A stretch of 64,000 bases of DNA from Eledone cirrhosa (GCA_964016885.1 OZ024741.1:123380001-123444000), one strand, 5' to 3'. Positions 1-13,349 are shown, numbered from the stretch's first letter. Translations and numbers: made by a program. Notes: a model not told the origin generated them from the sequence alone.

Positions 1-193
1 GGCAAGAAAAAGACTTCAGACTAGTTAACCAGTCCTTACAACGTATCGTTTATGAATGTTAATTGTTAAATAGGAAATGATCCACCAATTGTTCCCCTGT
101 TAAATGCTAAAATACAATTTTGTCAGTCAAAATAATGTGGTACCATCATCAGCAATATTGCTTGCATGTACAAACGAAAAAGTACATATATAC

Positions 194-247
<54 letters not shown>

Positions 248-739
248 ATGTGTGCTTGTGTATATGGGTGTGTACGTATGTGTACATACACATATATATA
301 TATATAAATATACATACATATATACATATTAATATGTGTAGAAGTAAACACAGTAAACCCGTGTTTATGCATATATACACATATATTTATACGTATAGCT
401 ATATAGTCGGAATGACATTCTGAAAATGTAAACACGCTCAGATGTGGTAGTTCACTCATTTCTAAAATCTTGCTCGAAATCCAAGTGAGAAATCTTAGAC
501 CTAGAATAAAATAATTTGACAAGCAAATTAGTGAACCCCGCTGTACTCATGGCATTTAGAGAACGGCATTCTCAGCGTACAACATTATATTAGATAACAA
601 ACGGTTTCAAATACTTGATTTTCTGAATCAAATATAAACCACATTTCAGTATACATATATACGTACATTCATAAACACATACACAGATATAGATAGAGAG
701 ACACATGCATATATGTGTGGATATATATGCATATTTTTA

Positions 740-788
<49 letters not shown>

Positions 789-1112
789 ATGTTGGCGCTT
801 GTGTGTATGTGTTGCACAATTTGTAGAAAAAATGAATGGAGATTATATGGAAGCCAATACAAAATATAGGATTATAGACGTATATATGTGCGTGTGCGTG
901 TGTGTGTGTCCGTCCGCGCGCGTGAGTGTTTGTGAAAAAGTAATAATATTTTCTATATATATATATATGTAATTAGGTAGTTACAAAGGTTTGGATGATA
1001 TTAATGCCTGTATCTGTTTGAACGTTTTTAGAAATAAAATAAGAGATCGCTCTCTTGTGAAAATTCTCATTTACAAAGAAACTCAATTATCATATGCTGT
1101 CCTCCTTTGGTT

Positions 1113-1149
<37 letters not shown>

Positions 1150-1413
1150 TGTATATATACATATATATATATATATGGATATTTATATATATAAATATAT
1201 ATGAATATATGTATATGAATATAAATATATATAAATATATGTATATGAATATATATATATACGTATATGTATATATGTATAAGAATATATACATATATAT
1301 ATACATATGCTTGTATGTATATATATATATACATAAATATATATATTTATATATATATATATATATACATATATATGTATATATTCATATATGTATTTAT
1401 ATCTAAACGTGTT

Positions 1414-1457
<44 letters not shown>

Positions 1458-2002
1458 CATATATATATATATATACATACGCATCATTGCACAAACCCAA
1501 CAAACAGAAGTTGAATTTAAATATTCGAATGTTATAGTGAATATTTAAAATATAATTTTTTGTTAATATAAAAAAGCAATGATGATTTAATTAGCTACAA
1601 ATCTTTTATACATGACAGATGTTTAAGAGCTACATATTAACTCATTTTAATATATATTAATGAAAATTTGACCAATCTGCCTTAATAGAATTATAGTTTT
1701 CCGGACTATTCACTTCATCTTAAGAATGTATAATTACAATGTGCGTCAGTAGCTTGCTGGATTAGATGGTCATGAATGTTTAATTTGGAATAGATGTCAG
1801 GACAGAAGATGTTTATGGCGTTTTGAGACCAAAAGTTTGGAAAAATACGGGAGAGTAAATATTGTAAATATAGACTTTCATCAAGATGAAGTAATAGACC
1901 AGGAATATTATATAACAATTTCAAAATATCTGTTTAAATATACAAAATAACATCAAAACGGTATCTTTGTATTGTGTCTGTTTTCTCTGGTTCAGTAAAC
2001 AT

Positions 2003-2069
<67 letters not shown>

Positions 2070-2237
2070 CAAACATACAACATCTCAAAATACATGCACA
2101 TTAGTAATGGATAATATATGCATAAAAATATATGCATCTGATACATTCACACACGCTAACACGCACGAACACTACTACCCCCCCCCCCCCATATACATAG
2201 ATACATTGATACATGCATACATACACACATGCGTATT

Positions 2238-2281
<44 letters not shown>

Positions 2282-2352
2282 ATATATATGTACATATATA
2301 TGTACATATGTACATATATATAAATATATATATATATATGTATATATACATG

Positions 2353-2385
<33 letters not shown>

Positions 2386-2506
2386 CTATATCTATGCATA
2401 TATATGTATACATGTGTATATATATATATATACATACATATATACATATATACATGCATATATATATATATATATATATACATACATACATATATATATT
2501 ACATAT

Positions 2507-2629
<123 letters not shown>

Positions 2630-3380
2630 CTTTTGTCAGTTTGTACTGGTGTCTCTCCGTATGATGCTGTCTCTGTTTTTGTACTTTTTTGTGGACAGGG
2701 TTCTTAGAAAAATATGTAGCAATTATTATGCATTACAGCCAAAGAAAATTTAATCTCTGTATTGATTGGTTTCATTAAAATGAATATTCTACTGATTAGT
2801 TATATTGCGATGTATATGGAAATAAAAGCGGAATTTAGTTTATATATGCTTGATAGAAGATTTATGAATTTTCACACGGCGTGTTTCTGGGATTGTTGAA
2901 AAATATTAACAATATTAATAGCATGTGGATGGCAAACTTCGAATTTTACTGTGGACGCTATAACAATCACAAAACCTATATATTATTATATATATATATA
3001 TTTCCCTTTGCGGCGTTATTTCAAATATTTGATAAAATAAAAGGACAAAATAACCCCCCAACTGTTTTGAAAATGAAAAAAAATAAAGGATATCGCCCAA
3101 ATTTGGACTAATGCTGACGTAAGACATGTTTATGTCTTTCATGTAATCTTAAGATCAATTTGTGTGTAGTAACAGCATAAATGAAAGTCACTTGGTACAT
3201 GGTACGTTTCTGGTAATTCCTTGTTTAGCAAAGAAATATGGTATAACTGTTTTGCTTTCTCGTTCCATTTAAAAGGAATAAAATATCTAAATGTATAATC
3301 AATGATCTAGTATACACATTTATACCCACAAGCAAATGGACTCATATACACATAACATATATAAATATAAATATGATTAT

Positions 3381-3389
<9 letters not shown>

Positions 3390-3421
<32 letters not shown>

Positions 3422-3471
3422 CGATATATATATATATATATATATATACGATATATATATATATATATATA

Positions 3472-3509
<38 letters not shown>

Positions 3510-3562
3510 GATATATATATATATATATATATACGATATATATATATATATATATATATATA

Positions 3563-3640
<78 letters not shown>
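3390..3640 (+). repeat. (TA)n tract punctuated by CG (compound minisatellite)
   Basis: Repeating tatata..tacga units of about 20-35 bp. Confidence 0.9.
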
Positions 3641-3642
<2 letters not shown>

Positions 3643-4421
3643 GTGTTTATGTTCAGCAAATATATTTTATCATATGAATACGCATCTCTCGCTCTTTGCC
3701 TTCATGAACAATACGTATATACTTGTATGCATGCTTGTGTGTATGTATGTATATATATGTATGTAATTATTTAAGTATGTATGTGTGCATGTATTGGTGT
3801 ATATTATTGAATTCATGTATGTACGTAGAGACCTGTGTCATCGTATGTATTTCTGATTCTTTAGCGATATCATCAATTTAATATACTTTAATATACATCG
3901 CCCACAATATGTCGTATAAACAAATTTACGCCGTATTTGTTCAATGATTATATGTTATAGATAATCGTTATTGGTACTTTGATGGGGGTTTTGTTTTGAA
4001 ATTTACGTGTGATTAATGGATAATGGGAGCTTGTACAATTGAAATATTTCTTTCAAAAGAGCAGTAAAATCGGATTGTGAGACCTGCTTGAAGCTACATA
4101 TATATATACATATATATATATATAAACATACACACATATACACACATACATAGATATATATATATGTATATGTATATGTATATGCGTGTGTGTATATGTA
4201 TATATATGCGTGTGTGTGTGTGAGTGTCTGTGTGTGATCTGTTTTTTTTCTGGAAGAATTGATGTTTATTTTCAAACTATATATAACAATTTACAATCTC
4301 CTCTTCTCGCCAAATCATAGTTCATTTGTTTCAAATTTCCAATTCGGCTTTATGATTCTATGTTAATCAATTTCTTTTTGAAGTATTTCTGTGATAGAAA
4401 TTGTTCCTTCAAAATCCAATG

Positions 4422-5554
4422 TCAGCAGAGTGATTCATGATTTTTCTCTGATGAACTAAACCCATGGTAATATGTATTTGATTCAACACCTTTGAGACTC
4501 TGTGTGCGATTCAGTCGTCCGAACGAATTATAATCACAAACCATGAGCTTGATAAACGTCGCTTTAAAAGTCCTATTGAACACAGTGTATATGATTGGAT
4601 TCAGTGTACTAGAAATATAACCTAACCACACAAAAACTACAAAGAGAAACTGGTCTACGTGGCACCATTTACAAAGTACTGTCATAACATTAGTAGTGAA
4701 AAAAGGAGCCCAGCTAATAACAAAAATGGTGAACACAACAGCTAACACTTTAGTAGCCTTCCGTTCTGTTTGCACAGCATTCTCTTTCGCGTTGTCTTTA
4801 CGTAGTAGCATCCTGTTTGCAGCTTTGGAAGCTATATTATGTTTTGCAATTAGATAGCGAAATTTCGAAGGTCTTGGACTTGCAGGAGACGAATTAGCAC
4901 TGAAGCCACTACTATCTGCCTGGCTTTGTATTTCTGAAGATCCCTTGTCTAACTTAGAAGCAGCTGTGGTCACATTCTTGGCCAGAAGCTTGCGGTTTTC
5001 GTTGCTATCCATTGCCCACTTTCTCGTAGAAGGCACCGTTTTGGTCGTGTTACTCGTTGTATGGGATATGGGCATTTGGAATCGTTTATCTAGAATGGGA
5101 TTTTTCTTTACTCGTCTGCTCCCTTGAACTCTTCTTATCATTGGGACGCCTTCATCTTTTTTCTGACTGCACAGCCGGGCCTGTTCATTTAGTAGCTGCA
5201 TTGTCAGAACATTGGTTACAACCATTATGACAAGCGGGATAAAGAATGCTATGATAGAACCGTATATTATAAAATAGTCATTGTTTACTAGACATCGTCT
5301 TTCCATAATTAAATTATGTTCATCTACAATGCCGAGTACTGTGATTGGACTGCTCACAACTAACGACAGTGACCATACAATCAGTAGCTTTACAGCTACA
5401 GTCACCTTCGATTTATTTCTGGTTTTTAATGGGTAACGTATTCCAATGTATCGGTCAACTGATATTGTACAGAGATGCATGATTGATGCAGTGCACATCA
5501 TTACATCAGAAGTCACATAAAAATTGCACAATCCTAAACTGAGACTCCAGTATC
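4422..5554 (-). CDS. HTR2: 5-HT2-type serotonin receptor (class A GPCR), last coding exon (ECL1/TM3 to C-terminus)
   Basis: Translation has CNFYVTSDVMMCTASIMHLCTISVDRY (TM3 Asp and DRY), GSIIAFFIPL (TM5), ERKATKVLAVVFTIFVISWAPFF (TM6) and WLGYISSTLNPIIY (NPxxY), matching 5-HT2 family motifs. Acceptor ttcttttcag ends at 5555; stop TGA at 4424-4422. Subtype cannot be assigned by eye. Confidence 0.9.
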
Positions 5555-6220
5555 CTGAAAAGAAAATAGAAAAAATCAAATGTTAATCGAAGTGATTATT
5601 GGAGTAAACATGATAGAATTATACAAAATAAAACACATTGTAACTACTAAATGCCAAAGAAAGGTAACAATAATTGAATGTATGAGTTCTTTTAACTGAG
5701 TCAATGGTGGGACAATAACTCCATTCTATGAAACGGAAGCAAACTGCAATTTTAAATATGTTTTATTTTACTGTTTTCTGTTTTATTCTTTCATACACTT
5801 CGGTCATTAGGCTAAGGACATGCTGGAACACCATCTTCGTATTAAGCAAAGGATGCAATCAGCAATTTGTTAGAAGTACTCAATTGATGTAAATCAGAAT
5901 TTTGTATACGAATGCAATACAAAGATACAGGTCAGATCTTCGGTGTGATGATAATATATTTGTTTCCTTCTATAAATCGTGGAAGGTGTGTAAACGATTA
6001 TGGGTATTGCTCGTTCACACTGATTCCGTTATAAGAAAGATTTCACATTTGTTCAATGATTTGTGTTATATGATTTCAGAATAATTGTGGGTAATATGTT
6101 TTTCTATGTTTGAATATATGTTTGTAATATGTTTGTATATATATATATATATTTATATAGGGAGTTGACCAGAGAAAGCACTCAATGCGTAGTTTCCAGT
6201 AAGTATAGCGCTGTAATAAT

Positions 6221-6400
6221 AATTGTTTCTACTTTTGGCACAAGGCCAGCAATTAACCAGTACATTACTGGTACTTTATTTTATCGACCCCGTAAGGATG
6301 AAAGGCAAAGTTAACTTCGGCGGGAATTGAACTCAGATCGTAAAGGGACGTAACTATGCTGGAAAGCATAATCCAACCCTCTACCGATACGAAGATTTGC
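6221..6400 (-). mobile_element. tRNA-derived SINE with Nin/Deu-like central domain
   Basis: B-box-like GAGTTCAATTCC followed by GCCTTTCATCCTTACGGGGTCGATAAAATAAAGTACCAG; many copies in window. Confidence 0.8.
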
Positions 6401-6653
6401 CATGTCTACATCACGTTTACGCGTGCGTGTGTGTACACTACTCAGTAATAAAAAGTAGAGTGTAATAATAATAATATATACGACGATTTGCAATGTCTTC
6501 ATCACGTTTACTGAATAGTGCCACGCGTTTCGCTATTGAGCAGCTCAAGGTTCGATCTCTATCGATCTAGCCCGACTCTGAAATCAAAAGGTCATCGGAT
6601 CGGACCTCTGTTGTTTTAATGTCATTACAATGAAGACATAACAACTCGTCCTT

Positions 6654-6688
<35 letters not shown>

Positions 6689-6883
6689 GTGTGCGCGCCT
6701 CTGTGTGTGCGTGTGTGTGTTATTGTGTGCGTGTGTGTGTGTGAGCGTGCGTGTGTGTATGTGTGTTTGCGTGTGTGTGTGCTTTTTTTGACAGCGGCAC
6801 TATTGATTCCTACATTCACAATACATAATACTATAGGAAATGATATTCTAGTTCAATAAAGTGTTCACTACTGGTAATTGTAG

Positions 6884-7080
6884 GACGGTGGATTGGCAGT
6901 ATCATTAGAACATCTGTTTTGTGGCATATAAGTACAGCCTTTTACGTACTGAGAACAAATCCTGCTGAAGTTAGCTTTGCATATCTTCCTTACGGGGGTC
7001 GATAAAAAAAAACAATTTTACGCACAGGGATCAATTTAAGCGACTTTCCCTTCCCCTAGGATTGCTGGCCTAAATCAGAA
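6884..7080 (+). mobile_element. Same SINE family, degenerate copy
   Basis: GGTGGATTGGCAGTATC head; CCTTACGGGGGTCGATAAAA core. Confidence 0.65.
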
Positions 7081-7515
7081 ATTCTTTTTATTATCATTTC
7101 TGATTTTGTTGTTATTGTTGTTGTCATAGTATTATTCTCGTTACTACTTCAGCAAAAACTGCTTTTTCTAATCATTGCTGAAAATAACGTCAATTAATTC
7201 CTCCAGCGCTTTCCTTTCAAAACCAAAGTCACATCACCGAAACATCCAGTTTTAATGCGATCCAACGACATAAGAGGAAATGATCTTACAACAATTATTT
7301 CCTTCCGGTTTTGCTTTTAACTGAATTTCATCTTTCTAGTTCAGGTCTCATCCCATTTTTGTTTTTCTGTTTTGAAACTATGATTAAAGCTTGTCATCCT
7401 TCTTAATGACCGACCACAACAGAAATAAAAGCCCTCCATCCCAATTTAACTTTTGAAAATCATAAGAAATATGAAACCGGTAAAGTAAATAAATAAATAT
7501 TCTTAAATTTCTTTT

Positions 7516-7563
<48 letters not shown>

Positions 7564-7580
7564 ATGGGTGTATGGGTGTA

Positions 7581-7638
<58 letters not shown>

Positions 7639-7645
7639 GTGTAAA

Positions 7646-8352
7646 ATTCCCAAGATCCGTGGACGAGTTCTCTCCAGCGGTCTCTGTCCCACATTATCTC
7701 TGCCATGTCCTGCGTCTCCAACAGACCAGTGTCTGTCCTTATGGAATCAACACACGTTAACATTGGGCTTCCTCTTCCAGTGTGTCCATGTAGGGGCTCC
7801 CACAGGAGCACTGAGTGCAATGTCAACTCTGGATGTCGGTGAGCATGTCCAGCTAACCTCAGTCTCCTCTGTGTCACATTTGAGCTGACCTTTTGGGAGG
7901 CTGCCATACAGCTCTGAGTTGTTCATCCTCAGTGTATAGTGATTAATATTCAGAGCCATCCTCAGCATTCTCATATAGCACCCATCCACCATCTGAGTCA
8001 CTTTCTTGGTCAGTGTCCAAGTCTCAGACCCGTACAGCAGCACAGATTCCACTACAGCAATGAAGAAGAAGATTTGATGCAGGAGGTTGCGACTGTGTCG
8101 ATGTGTGTGGGGCTGAGAATGAATGAGACTAAAACAAAATATCTGGTAGAGAATTTTAAGAAGGCAGAGGGGATCATTAATGTAGGCGGGAAGCCGCTAG
8201 GATTGGTTGAGGACTTCCTGTACTTGGGAGCAAATTTTTGGAATACGGAAGATGATGTGGTTGAGAGGAAGAGCAAAGCCTGGGCGGCGTGCCACAGCTT
8301 GAGATCGGTGTGGAAGTCGGACCTTCGTAAAGACCTGAAAATCCGCCTCTTC
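7646..8352. mobile_element. RTE-clade LINE 3' fragment with 5' inversion
   Basis: Minus strand: ESVLLYGSETWTLTK...MLRMALNI and RRLRLAGH. Plus strand: LRMNETKTKYL...VEDFLYLG...KIRLF. These are consecutive parts of an RTE ORF in opposite orientations. Confidence 0.8.
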
Positions 8353-10654
8353 ATATATATACACACACACATACACACATACACACACATATATATATAT
8401 ATAAATATCAAGTCTGCATGTCGGTGATTGTGTTGTGAATGTTGTTACCCTCTCATACACTTTATTGCAAATTGCTACAGCATACTCAGCTAGCAATAAT
8501 GAGCTGTACCAATTGCTAATTATAACCCAATTGACCGGTGCTAGCCAACTCCATGGTGATAAATAACCCTAATATGTATATGGTGTATGCACTTGCTCAT
8601 TAACTTCACCGGCAAGCTTCTCCGTTATTCTCACAACCGCATCAGCCATCTTCTAGTAGATTTTCAAATATAACGTATATATCTCAAATATTGACATATA
8701 ATTTATTACGGTTATCACAATATATTTCTAAATTATTCTATTATTATTCTATGACATATTCCAGCCGACAAGCTGAGACCATGATGGGGCACCAGTACTA
8801 TCAAGAATTCCTTCAATCATAGCATTGTTTTTTATTTTATTTTTTTTATTTTATGTTTTCATTATTGATATACATAATATATGACCACCTGGATACTTTA
8901 CTGACGAAATATATAATTGTTTTATCAAGCACAATAACAGGCTTGAATCCGTTTATCTTTGAGTTCACTAAAGTATAATCATGCATACATTTATAAATAA
9001 GCTACATATAATGTTCAAGATTTCAGAAATTTAGTCTCTGGCTCAACTGCATGGCTCAAAAGATTAGTACACATTCTATCAATATTTCAACCACAATAAA
9101 CATAAGCATATTCTGATTATGAATGCTGGTTTCTAATATAGTCATAAGACCAGCTATGTTAGAGGAATAAGGAACTGTAGATTAAATGGAACTCAGTACG
9201 GAAGTGGCTCGTGGTTTTGTGGATCCCCAAATAAGGAAAGGCTAAGTTTTCCGCAGAGGAGTTTAAAATCTATACACAAAGTTCCAGAATTAATAATTAA
9301 AAATATTCCATCTGCTGCTCTAACTATATTGCTAACCCACAGTCATACATTTTATATAATAGAATATTTCTCAAAATACAACATAATTTCACTGCTACGA
9401 TCGATCCCTAAATTTTGGAAGTGAGTGAATGCATGATTATGTTATTAGGAACATCACCGCAACCTGGCTTTGGGTTTATGTCAATAATGCAGCACTGTTG
9501 GTGGATGTCCTTTATAACATAAAATCCGCTAGTTGACCAAAATGTTGTGATTGAAATTTGATACGACAGAATTGTGTGGAGCGCCTTTGGATTGATAAAT
9601 CCATGTTGTTCTTGTGTGGTAAACTAAATCAAGATATATATAGCATTTACAATCATATACATACTGTAAATAACTACCGTACGGTCACGAGTTTGATTCC
9701 CTGTGCTACTTTCTGCTCTTTAGCAGGTTATTTAATTTCATGATATTCCAGTCCTCTTAGATTACATAAATTAGTTTCAATAGGCCCATATTTGTCAGAT
9801 ATGTTATTATTCAAAATACCCATGAGAATTACATTGAATGTGCATCTTCACTCAACACATACACTTAGTAACAACAGAATAAACAATCAAACAACGACAC
9901 ACCCTTGCAAATGATACGAAATGAAATGATAAGAAGTAAATTAATACTATTATTAATCTTATCGTGGCAGTAGTTCTAATGAAATGTACTTTATTGTAAT
10001 TAATGAATGAAGAATGTTGAGAGATATACTAAATTTACTAATTATTTCATTGTGAAAATATATTTACACATATAGTTCTGATACATAACTATGTGAGAAT
10101 GTGATAATTTAAATGAGGACATATTAAAAAGGTATGGTTAGGGTAATAGTGTCATGAGAGTTGGCTTGAGTCAGGCACGCATCAAAATGATTAATCTTTT
10201 TGTAAACGTATTTCTAATGAAACGCTCCTTTACAATGAATAATTTGAAAGTATTTTCTAAAATTATTGATTATTCAATTACAAATACAGTATATCGTAAC
10301 ATGTGGTTCTTAAGTGAAATATCGTGGGAGAATTTTAATATAAACGGCTTCTATTTCAGTTGAGTGGTTTTGTTTCATAGAGTTAGAATCGGTTTTGAAT
10401 TGGTATCAAACCTCTTAATCTGCACATGGTCGTCTTTCAAATAAAATACTCTATTAATGAATAAGTTGAAGGAATTTCATGAAATTATTGATTATTTCTT
10501 TACAAACAGTTTTTTTAACGTATGCTTCTTATAAAGATATGTCGGACGATTTTGATTGAAATGGACATCCTTAAAAAATTGGGTGTTTTTATTTTATAGG
10601 ACCGAGGCCTGTTGCCGCTCGTTTGGTATGAAAAGTGATAATATCATTACTTAC

Positions 10655-11072
10655 CTCTGAACTCATGTAAAATGCTAAATGGCATCACAATAAGAGAAAC
10701 TAATAGGTCGGTGACAGCTAAGGAGAATAAAAAATAGTTGGTAACAGTTTGAAGTCTCCGTTCCTTAGCAATGGCAAGACACACTAAAAGATTTCCTGTG
10801 ATTCCAAAAATGACGAATGGAGCCGGTGCTAGAGCCCACCAATTGAGGGTGTTATCAAGGTTTCCTGAATTTAAACTCCCATTGTTTGTACCATTAGTTC
10901 CATTGAAGAAACATAATCCATCATTGCAAGGATTTTGAGTAAAATCAGGGTGTGTAAAGCTGGATAATGGCCTCTGTCCAAACGACAAGTTAAGTGTACT
11001 CCCATCATCAGCTTGTACGTCATCTGTCTGTGGATCAATTCGGAATAGATCTCTAGTTGTATGAAACTCCAT
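10655..11072 (-). CDS. HTR2: 5-HT2-type receptor, first recognisable coding exon (N-terminus, TM1-TM2)
   Basis: [10 protein letters not shown]...several N-x-S/T sequons...[45 protein letters not shown]. Donor G|GTAAGT at 10654. 418 nt (phase 1) joins the next exon in frame as HEFR-G-YW; total 1551 nt = 516 aa plus stop. The start codon is inferred. Confidence 0.88.
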
Positions 11073-11094
11073 CACAACGGAACTTTGGCCGAAA

Positions 11095-11118
11095 CTGCAA
11101 ATAAACAAAAAGGGAGAA
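11095..11118 (-). promoter_or_regulatory. Splice acceptor 22 nt upstream of the receptor ATG, implying an upstream intron and an unlocated 5' exon
   Basis: Minus strand reads ttctcccttttgtttatttgcag|tttcggccaaagttccgttgtgATG. Confidence 0.65.
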
Positions 11119-11162
11119 ATGTATGTAAATTATCAATCTACTATTGCATGAATATATATTTG

Positions 11163-11249
<87 letters not shown>

Positions 11250-12044
11250 TATAACTTTGTTAGACTATATATATGTGTTTGTGTCTGTATTATAACTGTA
11301 TTTTTGACCGTTGGTCAGACAATGGTAAACATTGAGGACCGAATGAATTAACTGATATAAATGATACAGAAGCGAAAACCAACCAAAAGTGAGTGTGTTC
11401 TGTTATTAATGCTGGCAATATCATTACAACAATATGACCCTCCCCAAGTATAACAATATATATATATATATAGGAACGAGTAGGACCCCGACGGCTGAGC
11501 TCAAGCCGTTTCGACGACTAATTCTGGACTAAATGAATATATATATATATATATTCATACGTACACACACATATATATATATATGTGTGCGTGTGTGTGT
11601 GTGTATGTATGTATGTGTGTGTTTGTGTGTGAATGTGTATTGATGTACGAATGTGTGTATGTCTTTGTGAATTTATGTTATTTGCTTCATCTTGTCCCAA
11701 ACATGCTGTTTCATACTTCAGTGTTAATTCAAATTCCATTCCTTGCCGTACGGGTATGTGCACTCTGACGTTTTTCTTAGACGAGCTGGTAAGGAACATG
11801 GTCTACAGTATATGTAGCAGACAAATTTGGGCACTGCCACATTAGTGACTAATTGTTTCAATTTCTATACGAATGTCTTTGTAACCAAGGGATCATTCTT
11901 CTCCTAAATGTGAATACACACACTCACACACACACACAACACAGACACGCACACACGCACACACACACATATATATATATATATATTTATACATATACAA
12001 TGATATTAAATAAATGGAAACTATATTTATAAAACCATATTTAT

Positions 12045-12100
12045 TCTATTATATATATTTCAAGTGTACCAACAATTTTGCTACGCTTTCATCAGATAAA
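12045..12100 (-). ncRNA. Type I minimal hammerhead ribozyme
   Basis: UUUAU-CUGAUGA-aagcguagcaaaauuguugguacacuu-GAAA-UAUAUA-UA^-AUAGA; 5-bp stem I including G-U, imperfect stem II, palindromic short stem III. Confidence 0.7.
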
Positions 12101-12219
12101 ATACAAAGTGTGTTTCATAAATTTTGACATAGCCAATACCTTAACGGTTGAAGAGGAAAACTTCAACCGTTAAGGTATGTTCCTTGGCTATGTCACAATT
12201 TATAAAACACACTTTGTAT

Positions 12220-12275
12220 GTTATCTGATGAAAGCGTATCAAAGTTGATGATACCCTTGAAATATATATAATAGA
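12220..12275 (+). ncRNA. Type I minimal hammerhead ribozyme
   Basis: UUAU-CUGAUGA-aagcguauca(aaguuga)ugauacccuu-GAAA-UAUAUA-UA^-AUAG. Confidence 0.72.
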
Positions 12276-12621
12276 ATAAATATGGTTTTATAAATATAGT
12301 TTCCATTTATTTAATATCATTGAATATTATACTCCAGAAAAATTGTTGTGTGCTCTTAATCAGTTATACACATTTATATTTGTTGAATTACCAACGAATT
12401 TATATTTGTTGAATTACGAACAAATTGAATATCGCTTCAGCTTATATATATATATATATTAGAATTGGAGCTCTGAAATAGCAATATATATATGAATGTA
12501 TATATAATTTATTTTGCAATACACTTTATGCTTAATTAAAAAGCATTTTGAAGACCGTATGCTATTGTTTAAGAGTAGTGACAAACTCACTTACTTTAAT
12601 CTCAGCAAACAAGGGGAGATA

Positions 12622-12666
12622 AGCCGACAAGGCCTTGTTTCGCATTTATTGATGCTTATCTAGGCT
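12622..12666 (-). ncRNA. HHR variant, copy 1 (core UAGAUAA, probably decayed)
   Basis: AGCC-UAGAUAA-GCAU caauaa AUGC-GAAA-CAAGGCCUUG-UC^-GGCU. Confidence 0.55.
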
Positions 12667-12940
12667 AACTACACCCTCCTGTCTACTGAGATCACTGATG
12701 TTATATTCTTATAGAATTCCAGTAAATAATCAGGAACTGATTATACAGAGCGGTTGCCGGTCAGGCAGAAATTAAAAATTAGAATTGGAGCTCTGAAATA
12801 GCAATACATATATGAATGTATATATAATGTATTTTGCAATACACTTTATGCTTAATTAAAAGCATTTTGAAGACCGTATGCTATTGTTTTAGAGTAGTGA
12901 CAAACTCACTTACTTTAATCTCAGCAAACAAGGGGAGATA

Positions 12941-12985
12941 AGACGACAAGGCCTTGTTTCGCATTTGTTGATGCTTATCAAGGCT
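12941..12985 (-). ncRNA. HHR variant, copy 2 with U3-A8 core (UUGAUAA)
   Basis: AGCC-UUGAUAA-GCAU caacaa AUGC-GAAA-CAAGGCCUUG-UC^-GUCU; one stem I mismatch. Confidence 0.65.
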
Positions 12986-13349
12986 AACTACTCATCAATA
13001 AATGCGAAGCAAGGCCTTGTCGGCTTATCTCCCCTTGTTTGCTGAGATTAAAGTAAGTGAGTTTGTCACTACTCTAAAACAATAGCATACGGTCTTCAAA
13101 ATGCTTTTAATTAAGCATAAAGTGTATTGCAAAATACATTATATATACATTCATATATATATACATAAAGTATGGGTGAAGTGAGAAAAATCAAGGAATA
13201 GAGACAGTAGTCTCATCTCATATGTCGACCATTACAGATAAGTTGTTTTGGTGCTTTAAAGTCGATACCAGTGGCTCTAGCGCATGAAGGGAAGTAACAA
13301 ACGGACAAAGGTCGAGACTATAATTTTAACAAATATTTACAAATAAATA

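Larger units (their letters stand above)
5555..10654 (-). other. 5.1-kb GT-AG phase-1 intron of the receptor gene
   Basis: GTAAGT donor and polypyrimidine+CAG acceptor give an in-frame join. Confidence 0.85.
11998..12322. repeat. ~325-bp imperfect palindrome carrying an HHR on each strand
   Basis: Arms caatgatattaaataaatgg... / ...ccatttatttaatatcattg; centre ccttaacggttgaag-aggaaaa-cttcaaccgttaagg. Confidence 0.9.
12459..13160 (-). mobile_element. Non-coding HHR element: ~1.7 tandem copies of a ~319-nt unit plus an inverted arm (retrozyme-like)
   Basis: Direct repeat starting agaattggagctctg at 12461 and 12781; 12993-13160 is the reverse complement of about 12805-12973; (TA)n at the left end. 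Confidence 0.8.

Noticed and set aside
3390-3640. Regularly spaced CG in a TA tract resembling an array
   Set aside because: No unique spacers; slippage-derived minisatellite, not CRISPR
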